Source of the DNA: an uncultured Myxococcales bacterium
GTDB taxonomy: Bacteria > Myxococcota > UBA4151
Assembly: GCA_964013405.1 (NCBI GenBank)
Contig: CAXGWI010000056.1
Location: forward strand, 1 to 20,231
DNA: 20,231 nt
Direction of reading: 5' to 3'
Below, piece by piece: positions 14,716-20,231 of the stretch. Position 1 is the stretch's first letter. The number at the start of each line of letters is the position of its first letter. The notes under the pieces are model-generated. The model saw only the letters and a program-made list of their open reading frames with translations. It was not told the origin of the DNA and ran no database searches. Both the position numbers and the translations under genes were made by a program.

Positions 14716-15468
14716 ATGATCTTGAGAAGCAGCGCCGCCACCGATGTGGGCCGGGTTCGCGAACTCAATGAAGATGCTTTTCATGTGGATCAGGACCGCG
14801 GCTTGTTCATCGTCGCGGACGGCATGGGCGGCCATAATGCGGGTGAACGGGCCAGCGCTTTGGCGATCGAAAGCATCTGCGACGACCTGCCCAAAGACTG
14901 CAGCGATCTCCTCGCCGAGCAGCGTGACTACGGCAAACCCGACGCAAACGCTCCGGCCGTGAAGCGAGTCAAAAACGCCCTCGCCCATGCCAATACCAGC
15001 GTCTACACGGCCAGCCAGGAGGATTCCGACCTCAGCGGCATGGGCACCACAGCCACGGCCCTGCTCCTCCTCGAAGACACAGCGGTCATCGGGCACGTGG
15101 GTGATTCCCGGGCCTACCTCTTGCGGGACGACCACTTACAACAGATCACCGAGGACCACAGTCTGGTCACCGAGTGGGGCCTGATGCCCAGCCATCCGCT
15201 CTACGCCCAATATCGCAATGTCATCACCCGCTCGATCGGCGTGGAAAACAACGTCGAAGTGGATATTTATTTCGTCCAGGTCCAACCGGGCGACATTCTG
15301 ATGATGTGCAGCGATGGCCTCTCCGGCATGGCAAGCGACGAAGAGATCGCGACCCGAATGCGGGGCTCGTTTTTGGACCACGCGGCGAGCGATCTCGTCG
15401 AGTTGGCCTGCGCCGCAGGTGGGGACGACAACGTCACCGTCATCTGCATTTGGTTCGAAGCGGAATAG
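14716..15468 (+). CDS. PP2C-family Ser/Thr phosphatase (Stp1/PrpC-like)
   Basis: DVGRVRELNED, VADGMGG, GMGTT, HVGDSRAY, DHS, RNVITRSIG, CSDGL, GGDDNVT; GGGAG RBS. Confidence 0.95.
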   Translation: MILRSSAATDVGRVRELNEDAFHVDQDRGLFIVADGMGGHNAGERASALAIESICDDLPKDCSDLLAEQRDYGKPDANAPAVKRVKNALAHANTSVYTASQEDSDLSGMGTTATALLLLEDTAVIGHVGDSRAYLLRDDHLQQITEDHSLVTEWGLMPSHPLYAQYRNVITRSIGVENNVEVDIYFVQVQPGDILMMCSDGLSGMASDEEIATRMRGSFLDHAASDLVELACAAGGDDNVTVICIWFEAE

Positions 15469-15511
15469 CCTCTCTCGCATTCTGTTCTCAGCCCACAGAC
15501 CGCCGTTTTTC

Positions 15512-15540
15512 TTGACGAGCCCCAGGCTCGCCGATAGGCC
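15512..15540 (+). promoter_or_regulatory. Possible sigma70-type promoter upstream of the M23-secA-lspA genes
   Basis: TTGACG preceded by a T-tract, 17 nt spacer, TAGGCC. The -35 is good and the -10 is weak. Confidence 0.25.
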
Positions 15541-15587
15541 GCTCGCGGCCTGCTGGTCGCAGGATGGGAGTGGTTGGGCACCGAGCC

Positions 15588-16511
15588 ATGAGCGAACGCC
15601 GCGACGAGTTTTACACGATCACGGTCGCCCCCGAACGGACAGGGCGTGTCCGGTACTATGTGCTCACCCGAGGCCATCTCCGGCTCCTGGCGCTCAGTGG
15701 CGGTCTCCTGCTGCTCATCGGCCTCTTCGCGGGCATCCAGATGTGGCGCACGATGGATGGCCTGAGCGAGGTGAAGGAACTTCGGCGCCAAGAACTGGCG
15801 CTGCGGACCCAATTGGATGGCGCCGACAGCCGCTTAAAGGATGTCAGCGAGCGACTGGAATCCCTCGACCAGTTAGAAAAGCGACTGCGAAGCCTGGCCC
15901 AACTCAGTGATCCCGCTCGCCGGATTGCCATGGGGCCCGGTCAGAACCTCTCAGATGATGACTCTCGTCTCTGGGATCCCGGTGAGTCACCTCTGCTCGC
16001 CCAGGCCCGGACTCACCTTTTTCGTGAGCGCCTCGATGGCCTCCTCGAAGAAGCGGACCTGCAGGTCGAACGGTTGGATCAATTAGCCCAACACTTCGAA
16101 GCGGTGCGACATCGACTGGCCGCGACGCCGGCGGTCTCCCCGCTCATCGGCTGGGTCACCAGTCGCTTTGGAATGCGTCAGGACCCCATGACGGGGCGGC
16201 ACCAGATGCACAAAGGCTTAGACATCGCCAGCGCCATGGGCACGCCGATCGTCAGTCCCTCCGACGGGGTGGTTGCCAAGGTTGGTGAGCAAAGTGGTTA
16301 TGGCCTGGTCGTGCTCATCGATCACGGCTTCGGCATCATGAGCTCCTATTCCCATCTACTGGATACGCCCGTGAAGGCCGGCGAGCCGATTAAACGGGGC
16401 CAACAGATCGGTCGCGTCGGAATGTCCGGGCGCTCGACGGGCCCCCACCTTCATTACGAGATTCGGGTCGACGGCGTTGCGGTCGATCCGGAGTTCTTCA
16501 TTCTTGATTGA
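15588..16511 (+). CDS. M23 family peptidoglycan endopeptidase with N-terminal TM anchor and coiled coil
   Basis: TM helix, coiled coil, TPAVSP, HKGLD (HxxxD) and STGPHLHYE (HxH). Start at ATG 15588 or 15564. Confidence 0.92.
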   Translation: MSERRDEFYTITVAPERTGRVRYYVLTRGHLRLLALSGGLLLLIGLFAGIQMWRTMDGLSEVKELRRQELALRTQLDGADSRLKDVSERLESLDQLEKRLRSLAQLSDPARRIAMGPGQNLSDDDSRLWDPGESPLLAQARTHLFRERLDGLLEEADLQVERLDQLAQHFEAVRHRLAATPAVSPLIGWVTSRFGMRQDPMTGRHQMHKGLDIASAMGTPIVSPSDGVVAKVGEQSGYGLVVLIDHGFGIMSSYSHLLDTPVKAGEPIKRGQQIGRVGMSGRSTGPHLHYEIRVDGVAVDPEFFILD

Positions 16512-16526
16512 GTCAGCCGCCACACC

Positions 16527-19424
<2,898 letters not shown>

Positions 19425-19427
19425 GCC

Positions 19428-20162
19428 ATGAACCGCGCCCGCATTCTCGCCACCTATCAGATGCCCCTTTTGCTGATGACCATCATCATCGCCCTCGATC
19501 AGTGGACGAAGCAATGGGCCCTGGGCGCCTTATCGAAGCCGGTCCCCTGGTGCTGGAAAAAGATCACGCTGAAAGACGGTACGGAGGCATCTCGACTGCT
19601 GGATGTGCCCCTTGCCGAGGCCCAGCGCTTGCTCGCCGCCCCGCCGGAAGGGGTCAGTTGCTGGGCCAACAGCCGGGAAGGGCATGTAGAGGTCTTTCAA
19701 TCTTGGTTTTGGCTCCGCTACGCGGAGAATCGGGCCGCGGCCTTTAGCCTCACGGAATCGATCCCGGAATGGTTTCGCATGCCCATGCTGATCTCGGTGA
19801 GCCTCTTGGCCGTCGTCGGCGTCCTTTGGTGGCTCTGGAAGCTGACCCCTGAGCAAATCGTCCTGCGGGTGGCTCTGGGGCTCGTCCTCGGCGGTGCGAT
19901 CGGCAACCTCATCGACCGGGTGAGCCTCGGCTACGTCATCGATTTCATCGATTGGCACTTGCGACCGGCCTACGGCTGGCGCTGGACCTTCCCCACCTTT
20001 AACATCGCAGACTCGGCGGTGGTCTGCGGTGGCGCGCTCATCTTGATTTTTGGTGGCAAGACAGCGGCAGAGGATAGCGACGCACCACCGGAGGAGGAGC
20101 CACCGGAAGGGGATTCCGAGCCCCCTTCTGACGACGAGGCCTTTACGGCGGGAGCAACCTGA
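19428..20162 (+). CDS. lspA: Lipoprotein signal peptidase II with periplasmic insertion and acidic tail
   Basis: DQWTK, NRAAAFS, GAIGNLIDR, VIDFID and FNIADS, with the catalytic Asp pair present. Confidence 0.93.
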   Translation: MNRARILATYQMPLLLMTIIIALDQWTKQWALGALSKPVPWCWKKITLKDGTEASRLLDVPLAEAQRLLAAPPEGVSCWANSREGHVEVFQSWFWLRYAENRAAAFSLTESIPEWFRMPMLISVSLLAVVGVLWWLWKLTPEQIVLRVALGLVLGGAIGNLIDRVSLGYVIDFIDWHLRPAYGWRWTFPTFNIADSAVVCGGALILIFGGKTAAEDSDAPPEEEPPEGDSEPPSDDEAFTAGAT

Positions 20163-20185
20163 GCAAGAGAAGCCTCACGAGACAT

Positions 20186-20231
20186 GCTGGAGTGGCGGAA
20201 TTGGTAGACGCAGCGGATTCAAAATCCGCCG
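20186..20231 (+). tRNA. tRNA-Leu(CAA), 5' part, truncated by the window edge
   Basis: GCTGGAG acceptor 5' strand, TGGCGGAATTGGTAGACGC D-arm typical of tRNA-Leu, anticodon arm GCGGA-TTCAAAA-TCCGC with CAA at 20220-20222. Confidence 0.95.

Overview
GC-rich bacterial chromosomal region, most likely from a Myxococcota/Deltaproteobacteria-like organism (inferred from an HRDLSPQN-type kinase, a three-PDZ RseP, M23-secA synteny and an AgmX/PglI-like domain). It holds two divergent, tightly packed gene blocks. The minus-strand block (14586 to 1) is motA/pomA, two motB/pomB paralogues, nadK, rarA, a small tail-anchored protein, a Cys-rich secreted protein, an Smr-less mutS2, a YbjN-like protein, an M16 peptidase pair, rseP, a Ser/Thr kinase, a 59-aa FG-GAP micro-ORF missing from the ORF track, and a truncated Ig-like lipoprotein. 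The plus-strand block (14716 to end) is a PP2C phosphatase, M23 peptidase, secA, lspA and a truncated tRNA-Leu(CAA). I found no mobile element or CRISPR array. The most notable items are: an orphan MotA + 2xMotB stator whose two B subunits share an identical 22-aa channel helix while one has a degenerate peptidoglycan-binding domain; a TonB_C/AgmX-like domain with apparently permuted segments in the same gene block; MutS2 ending at its KOW domain; and large insertions in SecA and LspA. All calls come from motif recognition by eye, with no database search.
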